A stretch of DNA of 64,000 nucleotides from an uncultured Thermoproteales archaeon (GTDB lineage Archaea; Thermoproteota; Thermoprotei; Thermofilales; B20-G17): assembly GCA_965368245.1 (NCBI GenBank), contig CBDUMD010000005.1:9876-73875 (forward strand). Direction: 5' to 3'. The notes beneath the pieces are model-generated. The model was given only the letters and a program-made list of their open reading frames with translations, had not been told where the DNA came from and did not search any database. Positions 1 to 9,507 of the stretch are shown in pieces. Positions within the stretch are counted from its first letter, which is position 1. Every line of letters begins with the position of its first letter. The translations under genes and the position numbers were made by a program.

Positions 1-504
1 TACAAGGAATATGGATAAAACTATGCCCAAGGTGAGGCAGGTGACAAGATAATAGTAGTTTAAGTCGACTTCCCTTGAGGTATCCTGTTTATTCAGTATT
101 ACAAAGGTGTAGGTTTCCCTAATGTCGTTGATGAAGGTTATGAACCGTCTTACCAGGATGGTGAAGAAGTAGAAGAAACGGCTGTGTTTCAGCGGGGGTT
201 GGTCGACCTCCTTTCCCTCGAGTATTTTGCCCGAAACCAGGCGTATGAGGATAAACGTGAAGAAGTAAACCTCTATGGAAATCAGTATGCTCGTCCATAG
301 GTACTCGACGTTGTTCCAGTAGATTTCACCGACATTCCTTGCTGTTTCGCTGAAAAACGACAGAACCTCCGAGACCACCATATTATATGTGGGTTTTATG
401 TAGCTGTTATCCAAGAACATGTAGAGTACTAGAAATATGACTACAGTCAGGAGGAAAACCAATACTATAGCTATCTTTTTAGATCTCTTCTGAGGCTTAG
501 ACAT
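1..504 (-). CDS. Hypothetical membrane protein, runs off the window edge (3' partial)
   Basis: ATG at 504 (minus) opens MSKPQKRSKKIAIVLVFLLTVVIFLVLYMF..., open to position 1, with several hydrophobic segments; translated by hand, not in the ORF track. Confidence 0.7.
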   Translation of the reverse strand, partial: MSKPQKRSKKIAIVLVFLLTVVIFLVLYMFLDNSYIKPTYNMVVSEVLSFFSETARNVGEIYWNNVEYLWTSILISIEVYFFTFILIRLVSGKILEGKEVDQPPLKHSRFFYFFTILVRRFITFINDIRETYTFVILNKQDTSREVDLNYYYLVTCLTLGIVLSIFLV

Positions 505-662
505 GTTCTCTTGGTTTATTGAAATATAGCAACATAGATATAAAACCTGCTTCCGAAATAAAGTTTCAACGCCGTTTAAAGGACTTTCAGGTAGAAAGAA
601 AACAGGTGTCGACATAACCTCACATAAATACATAGGTTAATTAGAAGGCTTAATGGGAAGTA

Positions 663-1628
663 TTGTGGAGCCTGTATATGGATAGGATTCGTATAGGGAT
701 TATAGGCGTCAAGGGGATAGGATCCGTCTACATGAACGTTGTTAGAGCTATAAGCGATGCAAGGCTCGTAGCTGTAACCGGGCCACAGGACGCGTATCCT
801 CGTGTATCCGAGCGAGATGTAAGGTTCTTTGACGACGCCTTAGAAATGCTGGAGGAAACGCGGTTGGATGCCGTTATAATTACATGGCAACACGGCGAAG
901 AGCTTGTAAAAGAGGCTTTAAAAAGGAAGATACCGGTTTTAAAGGAGCCGCCTTTAGCATACCCTGTGGAGGTTGCTGAAAACCTTGTAGAGGTTGCCAG
1001 GGAAAATAAGGTAACGTTGATGGTTAGCACACCTAGAAGATATACAACCATGTTTCAACATGCCAAGAGAATAATCGATGAAAACGTTGTAGGCGGGGTT
1101 CTAATGGCGAGAGGATGCGGTATAGTGGATTCAACACGGTTTAGGGTTGAGGGGGATTTCGATCCTCTAGTCAGCACAGTCTACGGCATGCTGGATCTAT
1201 ACTTATGGTTTTTCGGTAAACCACTGAAGATATATTCTAGTTGCATAGGTGAACAAGGTCTACTGTCAGGATGCAAGAAGGGTCTATTTAACCTGCATTT
1301 CCAAAACGATGTTATAGGCTCCCTTGTTTTCGGATACTCCGCCGGAATGCAGGAGGAGAACATTGTTGTCTACTTCGAGAAGGGAACGATGCTAGCCTCC
1401 TGGAATGAACTCCATGTCCAAAATTCCGCTGGATCTATAATCACCAGGGAACTGAAAATCGGCAGGTACTTTCAAGACGCCCTACGGTTGCAAGTTGAAA
1501 GGTTTATCAGGATCGTTCAAACTAGAAATAGAGGTGAACGGGATTTAAAGGAGGCTTTAAACATGGTTAAAATACTGGATCTAGCTTTAAAGTCTTGTAG
1601 AGAGGGAAGGGAAGTTGCCATCCCATAA
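663..1628 (+). CDS. Gfo/Idh/MocA family oxidoreductase
   Basis: N-terminal Rossmann RIGIIGVKGIG; variant EKP motif (VLKEPPLA); true start may be the ATG at 678. Confidence 0.85.
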   Translation: MWSLYMDRIRIGIIGVKGIGSVYMNVVRAISDARLVAVTGPQDAYPRVSERDVRFFDDALEMLEETRLDAVIITWQHGEELVKEALKRKIPVLKEPPLAYPVEVAENLVEVARENKVTLMVSTPRRYTTMFQHAKRIIDENVVGGVLMARGCGIVDSTRFRVEGDFDPLVSTVYGMLDLYLWFFGKPLKIYSSCIGEQGLLSGCKKGLFNLHFQNDVIGSLVFGYSAGMQEENIVVYFEKGTMLASWNELHVQNSAGSIITRELKIGRYFQDALRLQVERFIRIVQTRNRGERDLKEALNMVKILDLALKSCREGREVAIP

Positions 1629-2412
1629 AAGGTTTAAAATACTCATCACCAACGATGATGGCCCATTCAGCCCCGGGTTGAAGCTACTTTACGATGCAGT
1701 TAAAGACCTTGGCGAATGTTTTGTGGTCGTACCTGAAACACCTAAATCAGCCAGCGGGTTGGGCATAACCTTACATAAGCCGTTAAGGATAAAGAGGCTG
1801 GTAGTACAGGACGTACCGATGTACCTTGTGAACGGCGCGCCGAGCGACATAATCTACGTTGCAGAAAACTCCGTGTGCGGTAGACCCAACCTAGTTCTCT
1901 CTGGAGTTAACATAGGAGATAATACGAGCGTCCAGGTTGTGCTCTCCTCCGGCACCGTTGGAGCAGCCCTCCAAGCCGCACTAGAAAACATCCCTGGAAT
2001 CTCGTTCAGCGTGGCTGCGGACTCCCCGGAAAAACTGGAGGAAAAAGAGCTATGGCAAAGCATATGGAAAGCCATTAGAATGTTGGTTAAACACGTGGTT
2101 GAAGAAGGGTTCCCGGAGGGTGTAGACGTACTTAACGTAAATTTTCCTTCAAAGCCCGCCAAGACCTTCAAATACGCCCCTCTAGCTAGACTGAGATTCA
2201 GCAATCTAGTTGTAAAGCGTAGAGACCCCCGTGGAGTCGACTACTACTGGCTATATGGAGAACCCGTCCAGCCGGAGCCGGGCACCGATGTCTACACCGT
2301 TTTAGTGGAGGAAAAGATCTCCGTAACCCCCATATCTATAAGGGGTCTAACCGGACCCAGTGAACCGGTTTTAAAGTTGCTTAAAAGACTATCTGTTTAT
2401 TTGAGTATTTAG
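1615..2412 (+). CDS. surE: 5'/3'-nucleotidase SurE
   Basis: ILITNDDG, SASG, NGAPSD, SGVNIGDN, SSGTVGAA and DPRGVDYYW motifs. Confidence 0.95.
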   Translation: MPSHKRFKILITNDDGPFSPGLKLLYDAVKDLGECFVVVPETPKSASGLGITLHKPLRIKRLVVQDVPMYLVNGAPSDIIYVAENSVCGRPNLVLSGVNIGDNTSVQVVLSSGTVGAALQAALENIPGISFSVAADSPEKLEEKELWQSIWKAIRMLVKHVVEEGFPEGVDVLNVNFPSKPAKTFKYAPLARLRFSNLVVKRRDPRGVDYYWLYGEPVQPEPGTDVYTVLVEEKISVTPISIRGLTGPSEPVLKLLKRLSVYLSI

Positions 2413-2653
2413 GGTATTTTGGAAATTATGGAAACTCAAAGCTTATATATGGCGTTTTATCTACTCACCTCAGATGCCATCAGGCTTAGCCGATGACGGC
2501 ACTCCCCGTAACCCGCACCCTGTGGTGTGCGAGAATGTAGCTCCCGATGAACCACCGATAGAGATGAGGTGACTGAGGGAGAAGCCCGTGCAAGTTCCCA
2601 TAATATCAAAAATATCCAAAACATCATGCACGGGCAACCACTAAGAGAAACAG
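2393..2653 (+). mobile_element. Miniature non-autonomous IS607-like element (E1), probable internally deleted tnpB element retaining an omegaRNA-like core
   Basis: Ends CTGTTT (2393) and AAACAG (2653). Subterminal 9-nt periodic repeats are inverted between the ends (24/31 identity). Internal TATA 2442-2449 followed by ATG 2474 (32-codon relic ORF). Homologous to 49158-49464 (TTATTTGAGT, AGCCGATGA, CATGCACGGGCAACCAC). Confidence 0.7.
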
Positions 2654-2657
2654 GTTT

Positions 2658-3818
2658 CTAAGAAAGTTTTTTCTCGATGAACTCTAGGAGCCTATTGAAT
2701 GCCAGGATCCTTGATGTACTGGGGCTACTGATCGGTCCGGGCCTTTTCATGTAGAAGGCGTTTACCTCGTAGATTGTTCCCTTAAAACCGTTTTCTAAAG
2801 CTAGTTTGGCTAAGCGGACTAGGTCGACTATATAACCCGCCAAAGCTGGACTATCGTTAACCCTCATATTGATAAATATCTCGTCTACAGCCCCGTTAAA
2901 AGACACATATTCAATGTGCATGGCAACGAACTTTTTGTCCCCCAATGGTTTAAGGTAGCCTGTAGGCTTGATGTAGTGTGGGGCTTCGTATTCCAAGATA
3001 TCTTTAACGATGCTGGATTTCGTTGCCTCCTTCGCTCTATTCCTTTCCTCGTTTAACAAGGCAAGGAAGTCCATGTTACCTCCTATGTTGAACTGTGTGA
3101 TGGATCTAACAAACCTGTTTCTCTCCTTTAAATGCTCCAGCAGGTCGGCTGTTAACGGTGTTGCGCCAGTGGCTCCATCATCTCCTAAAATCAGGCTACT
3201 GGACTCTTCGGCCATCTTAACATATCCGGGGCTGTTGGCTAATAACACAGGTATGAGATTTACGTAAGCTATTTTCCTTCCCCTTTCCGCGTACTTGAAT
3301 GCTAGATATGCGTATACCTGGCTCGGCACCAAGCCTACTCCTCCCTTCTCGATCTTCTCTTCAACCTGTCTTATGTCAGTCACTAGGGAAGATTTCTGGG
3401 TGGTGCAAACATCCACGATGACATCTGGTTTAAGCTTCTCGTACAGGCTGTAAAATTCGTCGAGAGCCTCTTTAAACTCAAGTTCTCTATCTAACGAACT
3501 CACCGGAATGTTAAGGTCTTTTAGGGACCGCATTTCAACACCTTTATATACTTTAACTTTCCTCAGGGATTCCGGGACATTGCCAAATCCATAGAATTCG
3601 GTAGCAACCTGGTAGACGTCTTTACCCGTTTTTCTTGAATCCACCTCAACTGAACCAACCAACTCAATGTCCTTAAAGCCATATTTCAAAGGCATATCTG
3701 CTAAGGGTACTCCATAGGGCTTTAACTCCCCTCTCTTTATCCTCTCCAACCCCACTGCGAAAATCGTTCCAACAACTCCCTGACCCAACATCAAAACCCT
3801 TATCATTGCAACCGCCAA
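2658..3818 (-). CDS. ino1: myo-inositol-1-phosphate synthase
   Basis: GQGVVG Rossmann, GDDGATG, QFNIGGNMDF, LGDKK and NDSPALAG motifs; start may be the ATG at 3806. Confidence 0.93.
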   Translation of the reverse strand: MAVAMIRVLMLGQGVVGTIFAVGLERIKRGELKPYGVPLADMPLKYGFKDIELVGSVEVDSRKTGKDVYQVATEFYGFGNVPESLRKVKVYKGVEMRSLKDLNIPVSSLDRELEFKEALDEFYSLYEKLKPDVIVDVCTTQKSSLVTDIRQVEEKIEKGGVGLVPSQVYAYLAFKYAERGRKIAYVNLIPVLLANSPGYVKMAEESSSLILGDDGATGATPLTADLLEHLKERNRFVRSITQFNIGGNMDFLALLNEERNRAKEATKSSIVKDILEYEAPHYIKPTGYLKPLGDKKFVAMHIEYVSFNGAVDEIFINMRVNDSPALAGYIVDLVRLAKLALENGFKGTIYEVNAFYMKRPGPISSPSTSRILAFNRLLEFIEKKLS

Positions 3819-3819
3819 C

Positions 3820-3864
3820 TATCTAACGGTCATTAGATACAATCTATCTAATAGCCATTAGATA
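3820..3864. promoter_or_regulatory. Tandem palindromic operators TATCTAA-N6-TTAGATA over the ino1 promoter, probable PadR sites
   Basis: Perfect 7-bp inverted repeats at 3820-3839 and 3845-3864, abutting the minus-strand TATA CTTAAATA (3863-3870), between divergent ino1 and padR. Confidence 0.75.
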
Positions 3865-3934
3865 TTTAAGTCTATCTCCCCACCACCCATCCCCAAGATA
3901 GGTAAAGGTTTAATATCCTTAGGCAGGGAGACTA

Positions 3935-4282
3935 TTGAGGAATCTTCTGATGAAAGAGGTTAAACCTATTCGGAGGCTTAAGCGTAAGCTGGGTATAGAG
4001 GTACTCTGGCTTTTTCTTCTCTCCCAGCTGGCTGAAGGAGACTCCTACGCCTACGAGCTAATAAAATTCATTGAGGAAAAATATGGTTTTAATCCAGGTA
4101 AAGTGTTACCCTACGTTGTTTTGAAAAGACTTGAAAACGAGGGGTATGTGGAATCCTACCTAAAGGATAAAAGGAAGTACTACAGGCTGACTCCACAGGG
4201 AATCGCCCTTCTTAAAGAGGGAATCGCGTACATAAAGTTAGTTTTAAATAATCTCGAGAAAAGTCTGACGGAAGATATTTGA
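3935..4282 (+). CDS. PadR family transcriptional regulator
   Basis: SYAYELIK...YVVLKRLENEGYV...RKYYRLTPQG winged-helix pattern. Confidence 0.9.
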   Translation: MRNLLMKEVKPIRRLKRKLGIEVLWLFLLSQLAEGDSYAYELIKFIEEKYGFNPGKVLPYVVLKRLENEGYVESYLKDKRKYYRLTPQGIALLKEGIAYIKLVLNNLEKSLTEDI

Positions 4283-5178
4283 GTAGGGTAAGGGACATGG
4301 AGAAGCTGATATCTGCTCTTCTAGAATTCTACATACCGTTAATAGTAGCTGTAGTATACAAGCTGTTTTATAAGCCACCAGACCGCACCTCAAGGGACCT
4401 CTCGAAGCTGGTTTTATACTTTTTTCTACCGATACTCCTCTTCAATTCGGTTTCGGGGAAAAATCTCCTTGATCTGGCCGGAACCTTCATTATAATGATT
4501 GCTGCATCGGCTTTAACCATCACCGTCTCCTTGGTTTCAGCTTTAATTCTGTTTAAAGGGGACCTGGAGATCGTTCTCCCCTCCTTCTATGTTAACGCAG
4601 CCTATCTGCCCCTCCCTATAGCAATGTCTCTTTGGGGTGAAGCAAGCATCCATCTCATAGGATTCTACGTGCTATTTAACGCCACTACAGGCAACCTTCT
4701 AGCCCCATTCCTCCTAGGTAGAGATATAAAGGAGGGAGTAAAGAGGATTGTACGGTATCCTCCTCTCTATGGAATAACACTAGGATTTCTTTGTTCCCTT
4801 ATGGGCTTCAGGCTACCACCATACCTCGCCGAACCCCTCTACACCACCGGCTCCCTTGCACCTCCACTCGCCCTCGTGGTGATAGGGTTACAGACCGAGA
4901 AGACGGGGAACCTGCTCGACGGGAGTGTAATGAAGCTTAGTGTAATCAGGTTTTTCATCTCCCCGCTGGCAACCTACCTGGCTCTACCGTTTATAGTATC
5001 TCCCGAGTCTTTAGCCTTTAAAGTAGCGTTATTAGAATCCTTTATGCCGCCAGCCGTCACAAACGTAATTCTTGCAAATGAATTCCTGGAAAAATCCGAT
5101 CGAATAGTTAGAATAGTGTTGGAAACAACGATAATCTCCACCCTGTTCATACCAGCATTCCTACTCCTAATGAAATAA
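4279..5178 (+). CDS. AEC (auxin efflux carrier) family transporter
   Basis: ~10 TM helices; NAAYLPLP, PPLYG and MPPAV motifs. Confidence 0.85.
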   Translation: MSRVRDMEKLISALLEFYIPLIVAVVYKLFYKPPDRTSRDLSKLVLYFFLPILLFNSVSGKNLLDLAGTFIIMIAASALTITVSLVSALILFKGDLEIVLPSFYVNAAYLPLPIAMSLWGEASIHLIGFYVLFNATTGNLLAPFLLGRDIKEGVKRIVRYPPLYGITLGFLCSLMGFRLPPYLAEPLYTTGSLAPPLALVVIGLQTEKTGNLLDGSVMKLSVIRFFISPLATYLALPFIVSPESLAFKVALLESFMPPAVTNVILANEFLEKSDRIVRIVLETTIISTLFIPAFLLLMK

Positions 5179-5180
5179 CA

Positions 5181-5714
5181 TTAAGTATGAACATAAAATT
5201 GACAACTTTTTGCCTCACTTTCGAACCACTTCACCATCCCTTTTAATATCTGTGCGGAATGTCTAGTGCCCTCCTTGTATGGAGTTTCACGAATACATAA
5301 ACGAGGTTCCAATAGCCTCCTAAACCAGAGAGCATTTAATAAAATTATAGGTGAGTATTTTCCATCCAATATACAGCTGAAGTCTGATTTTTCAATATCG
5401 TTCATAGCATTTAACGACTCTATTAGCTCATCTTCACTGAAGTGCTGAGTAGATGGTATCATATAGGTGACTAGCTTTTGTATTTCCTTTATATATTCAT
5501 GTATAAAATTAAGATATCTAGGGTATCTCTTCATATAACGTCTTACATATCTAAATATTTTATATATCCTCTTAGATAATTCATTGCTCTTCTCTTCAAG
5601 AACGGTAACTAGATCGTCCATAAATAGATAGATGTAAAGAAAACACGCATAATTTCTAACAGCATCAGGTGGATGATTCCGCCAAGTAATTTCATTTCCA
5701 AGACAATATAAGTA
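5181..5714 (-). pseudogene. AT-rich truncated gene remnant (C-terminal part of an unknown protein)
   Basis: Frame of ORF 5181-5621 stays open upstream to 5714 (YLYCLGNEITWRNHPPDAVRNY...) without a start codon, then hits a TAG; AT-richer than its neighbours. Confidence 0.5.
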
Positions 5715-5840
5715 CTAGCTCTGCGACTCGATATCTAAGAGGACTTTATCGACTGGGACTTATTAGAAGAAGGGAAAGAAGAAGTAAGGGAGGTAAAGAA
5801 GTCATATATTATCGATAGAACATTGGAGAGGGTCTACGTT

Positions 5841-6109
5841 ATGTCTAATGCTATCAGTGGCGAAATGCGGGTAATCTCGTTAATTAAGGTTAAAGGTGAA
5901 TTGGACAGTAATATTCTCAAAGAAAAGTCCTTGATTCGGCGAAGAAATTAGGTATCGAAAACATCGAAATAGTTGAGACTTTAGGTAGGGTAGATTATGC
6001 GTTAATTTACGGAGCTAAAAGTATCGAGGATGTCAATAAATTTGCTTTAGAGATCCGTAAAATACCCGATGTAGTTGACGGTGAAACTTTAATAGGGTTA
6101 ATAAAATAG
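5841..6109 (+). pseudogene. Stand-alone Lrp/AsnC ligand-binding (RAM/GYD-like) domain gene with a -1 frameshift
   Basis: ATG 5841 after GGAGAGG gives MSNAISGEMRVISLIKVKG...; after AAAGAAAAG (5919-5927) the -1 frame gives KVLDSAKKLGIENIEIVETLGRVDYALIYGAKSIEDVNKFALEIRKIPDVVDGETLIG*. Confidence 0.7.
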
Positions 6110-6131
6110 TTTTTCTTACATTTAACAATTT

Positions 6132-7628
6132 TTAGCCATAAAGTAGATCGAGTAGGGGTTTAACCCATTCTGCTGTTTTGTTTAATACGAGCCCCGGCAT
6201 AAGCGCGTGTGCTATGTCCTTTAAGTCTTCGCGTGTAACTATGTTCAGCTTAGCGTATAAGAAGAGGGAAAGGAAAAGTATAAGGGATCCACCGATAAGC
6301 CAATGGAGATTAAGGAAATAAGCCAATACGCCTGTCAATAAAGGAGGAGCCACTGTCAATGCTAGTTCTTTGAAGTTGATTTTGAAGCCGCTGATTTCAG
6401 CTATAACCGTAGCTGTAATCATTCCTAGGATGGCACCGGTGGTGAAACTTAGGGCCGCTCCAAGCCCCCCTAGAAAAGGTACCAGAAAGGAGTATAATGC
6501 TAATCTAGGTATATTTTGCATAGAGCCTATCACGAAAACTTTAAGGTAGTCTCCATACGCATATACAAGGCTGTTCACCGCCGACGTGATGGCCAACGGG
6601 ATTACAGCTACCACCAGAAGCTGAAGCATGGCGGAGGCCTGAATGTAGTTTGGTCCCAAGAGACCTAAGGGAAGCCATGGATACACCACCGTGAAAGCTA
6701 CAGCCGGGGAGCAGGCGGCTAGACTTATCTTTAAAACCCTCGCTGTAGCCCTTTTCCTACCATCTCTCATTCCACTTAAAACTGGGAAAAGCAAACCAAG
6801 CATGCTTGTAGCAAAAACTAAGACAACACTACTTATCGCAGTAGCCACGTAATATAAGCCCGATTCAAGTGCACCGCTTACACCAAAGACCGTAAGCAAG
6901 CCAACCTGTTGTCCCACCAATACTATTACTCCAGGAGCCCATCCAGCTACACCGGCTATGATGGAATCCTTTAAAGCATCAAATGAGAAGAAGGGTGGTT
7001 TACCGACGAACCTGTACACAAAGAATCCGTTTAGAAAAAGGGATGTCCAGCTGGCAACCAGATACCCTATTGTGGCCCCCACCCATCCCCACCCTGCAAT
7101 TACAAGGCTAACGCCCACTATGAACTTCAGGGAGCCTGCTACAAGGCTTACCAGGAAATTGATATCCGTTCTAAGTATGGCTATCAAAAAGGAGTTAAAG
7201 GCGACTCCGGCTCCACCCACTATCATGAGTGCCGCCAGAAAAAGCATGTAAGGATCCAGACCTATGTTAAAGAAGCTGATGGACGCCAGTGATACAGCTA
7301 TAAGTGAGTAGACGCATGCATAAAATGTGAATGCAGACCAAAGATATTCAGCAACCTTATCCAGGTCTCTTCTCCCAAGATAAATGCCTATAAACCTCTG
7401 CATCCCCCTAGCTACTCCCAGGCTGAAAACACCTGTAAGCAGGCTAGCTATGCTCGTGGTCGTGGTGGCGTAGCCTAGTGTTTCGGGCTCGGTAAACTTG
7501 GATATGACAAGCCAGTAGAGGAATCCCAGGATGCTACCGGTTAGGCTGGTTGCGTAAAGCCAGAAACCTCCTCTGACAACTCTTCTTATACTGAACTTTC
7601 CTCCCATGGATCCCCCGCACTGCCACAA
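6132..7628 (-). CDS. Oligosaccharide flippase (Wzx/MOP family)
   Basis: ~14 TM helices; SGLYYVATAIS motif; typical flippase size. Confidence 0.85.
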   Translation of the reverse strand: MWQCGGSMGGKFSIRRVVRGGFWLYATSLTGSILGFLYWLVISKFTEPETLGYATTTTSIASLLTGVFSLGVARGMQRFIGIYLGRRDLDKVAEYLWSAFTFYACVYSLIAVSLASISFFNIGLDPYMLFLAALMIVGGAGVAFNSFLIAILRTDINFLVSLVAGSLKFIVGVSLVIAGWGWVGATIGYLVASWTSLFLNGFFVYRFVGKPPFFSFDALKDSIIAGVAGWAPGVIVLVGQQVGLLTVFGVSGALESGLYYVATAISSVVLVFATSMLGLLFPVLSGMRDGRKRATARVLKISLAACSPAVAFTVVYPWLPLGLLGPNYIQASAMLQLLVVAVIPLAITSAVNSLVYAYGDYLKVFVIGSMQNIPRLALYSFLVPFLGGLGAALSFTTGAILGMITATVIAEISGFKINFKELALTVAPPLLTGVLAYFLNLHWLIGGSLILFLSLFLYAKLNIVTREDLKDIAHALMPGLVLNKTAEWVKPLLDLLYG

Positions 7629-7795
7629 AATATTTTGAAGAATATTTAATTGTTTTACTTAGCATTAAATAAACGGAGGAATATCCACAGCCCTTAACAT
7701 GTACGGTGAATGCCTTAAACTCCAGCTGGCAAATGTTTTAGGGAGGAAAATATATAATGTTTAGAAAATATATTTTGAATTGTTAAGGTGATTGA

Positions 7796-8479
7796 TTGAA
7801 GGCTCTTATTTTGGCCGGTGGTCTAGGCAAAAGGCTTAGACCCTACACGGAGAATACTCCTAAACCCCTAGTCATTGTGGCTACGAAGCCTATTATAGTA
7901 TGGCAGATAGAGTGGCTTAAAAACTATGGTATAACAGACTTTGTGGTGGCATGCGGTTATAAAAGGGAAAAGGTGATAGAGTATCTGGGTAACGGCAGGA
8001 AACTGGGGGTTAAAATTGGATACGTTGTTGAGGACGAACCCTTGGGGACCGGGGGTGCAATAAAGAACGCGGAACCTTTCCTAAAAAACGAGGGAAAATT
8101 CATAGTCATTAACGGGGATATTATAACAAATCTAAACCCTCTACACCTCTTAACTTTAGATAAGCATTTAGGTTCAATAGCTTTGGTTCCCCTTCCATCA
8201 CCTTATGGCATAGTGGAGACGGAAGGGGATAAGGTTAAGTCCTTCAAGGAGAAACCTCTACTAGAAGACTATTGGATTAACGCCGGCGTATACTGTTTTA
8301 GTAGTAAAGTTTTCAGCTACCTGCCTGAGAAAGGTGATATAGAACGGGAAGTGTTTCCCGTGCTTGCGGAGAAAGGGTTACTGAAAGCCGTCAAATACAC
8401 GAACGTGTTTTGGAAAAGTATAGATACCGTTAAGGACCTGGAGATCGCCGAGAAAATCCTCTCAAAGAAAAGCCGATAG
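7796..8479 (+). CDS. Sugar-phosphate nucleotidyltransferase
   Basis: ILAGGLGKRLRP...PKPL, EPLGTGGAI, NGD and EKP motifs. Confidence 0.9.
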   Translation: MKALILAGGLGKRLRPYTENTPKPLVIVATKPIIVWQIEWLKNYGITDFVVACGYKREKVIEYLGNGRKLGVKIGYVVEDEPLGTGGAIKNAEPFLKNEGKFIVINGDIITNLNPLHLLTLDKHLGSIALVPLPSPYGIVETEGDKVKSFKEKPLLEDYWINAGVYCFSSKVFSYLPEKGDIEREVFPVLAEKGLLKAVKYTNVFWKSIDTVKDLEIAEKILSKKSR

Positions 8480-8587
8480 AAGATACTATTAATGACATAT
8501 CAGCTTTATAGCATGTTTATCTTTTAAACCCGGTTTTCAGTCTACGCTAATAATTTAAATGGTTGGATGGATTAAATACTACAGTAG

Positions 8588-9418
8588 GTGGCGTTAATGA
8601 ATGATGGTGCCACGGTCATCTTAAATGGATTTAGGGAGTATATTTTATCGTTGCTTCCGAATATATTATTATCCATAGTAATACTGATCATAGGATACAT
8701 TATAGGAAAATTGACTGCTAAAGCCGTTACAGGGGCTGTAAGACTCACCGGCGGCGACGAAAAGTTCAGGAAATCGGATATCGGTAAAAACCTTACCGAC
8801 GCCGGATACCCTATTTCAAGGATACTTTCCATAGTAACCCGTCTAGCCATATACACTTTAACAGTCCTTACCGCACTTTCGGTTCTAAATATTCCACTTC
8901 TACAGGAGGTTGGAACCCTAATAGCAGGATACCTTCCGAGACTTGTGGGAGCCATAATAGTCTTCCTTTTCGGGGCCATGCTAATAGAGTGGATAGCTGA
9001 TTTAACGGAAAGCTTGATCAGGGAGAGTGTTCTCCCAGAACGATTCACTACACTTTTCACCTTGGCCTTGAAGTACATGATGTATGTTGTACTTGTTTTC
9101 ATGATGTTCGAGATAGCTGAAATAGCCCCCCAGATCGTAGCTATAGTTGCCCAGGCAACTTTTCTGACGCTTGCTATAGGAGGAGGATTATCGATAGCCC
9201 TTTTAATTGGTCTAGGCTTAAGAGAGGAAGCAAAAGTCCTTCTCTTAGGTGAACTAGGCGATTTAAAACCGGGCGTGGTCGTGGAGATAGAGGGGGGTAA
9301 AGGTGTCATTAAGAGAATCACCACACTCTTGGTGGAACTTGAAGACGAAAACGGGAATCTAATCGTATTGCCTAAAAGAATGTTCATTCAAAAAGGTTAT
9401 AAGATAATAAGAAGCTGA
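8588..9418 (+). CDS. MscS/CmpX-like small mechanosensitive channel protein
   Basis: Repeated TM-helix motif (LPNILLSIVIL, YLPRLVGAII) plus C-terminal beta domain (GVVVEIEGGKGVIKRI). Confidence 0.75.
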   Translation: MALMNDGATVILNGFREYILSLLPNILLSIVILIIGYIIGKLTAKAVTGAVRLTGGDEKFRKSDIGKNLTDAGYPISRILSIVTRLAIYTLTVLTALSVLNIPLLQEVGTLIAGYLPRLVGAIIVFLFGAMLIEWIADLTESLIRESVLPERFTTLFTLALKYMMYVVLVFMMFEIAEIAPQIVAIVAQATFLTLAIGGGLSIALLIGLGLREEAKVLLLGELGDLKPGVVVEIEGGKGVIKRITTLLVELEDENGNLIVLPKRMFIQKGYKIIRS

Positions 9419-9507
9419 TTTTAAACCAACTTTACATCCATATTTTTGTGACCCAGATAAGAAAGAATTTTATTTTATAAGTCTAAAGCTAGAAATGTAA
9501 GGAGATT

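Noticed and set aside
573-606. CCGTTT...AAACAG resembling mini-element ends
   Set aside because: Only ~34 bp, with no periodic repeats or core; likely chance
2474-2581. E1 core as a conventional C/D box sRNA
   Set aside because: Boxes are present, but there is no clear D'/C' pair with two 10-12-nt guides, and the sequence sits within IS-like ends
8572-9387. 271-aa antisense ORF, and the many other shadow ORFs in the track (e.g. 27778-28440, 48550-49080)
   Set aside because: They lie opposite well-supported genes and have Ser/Pro/Thr-rich antisense composition with no motifs
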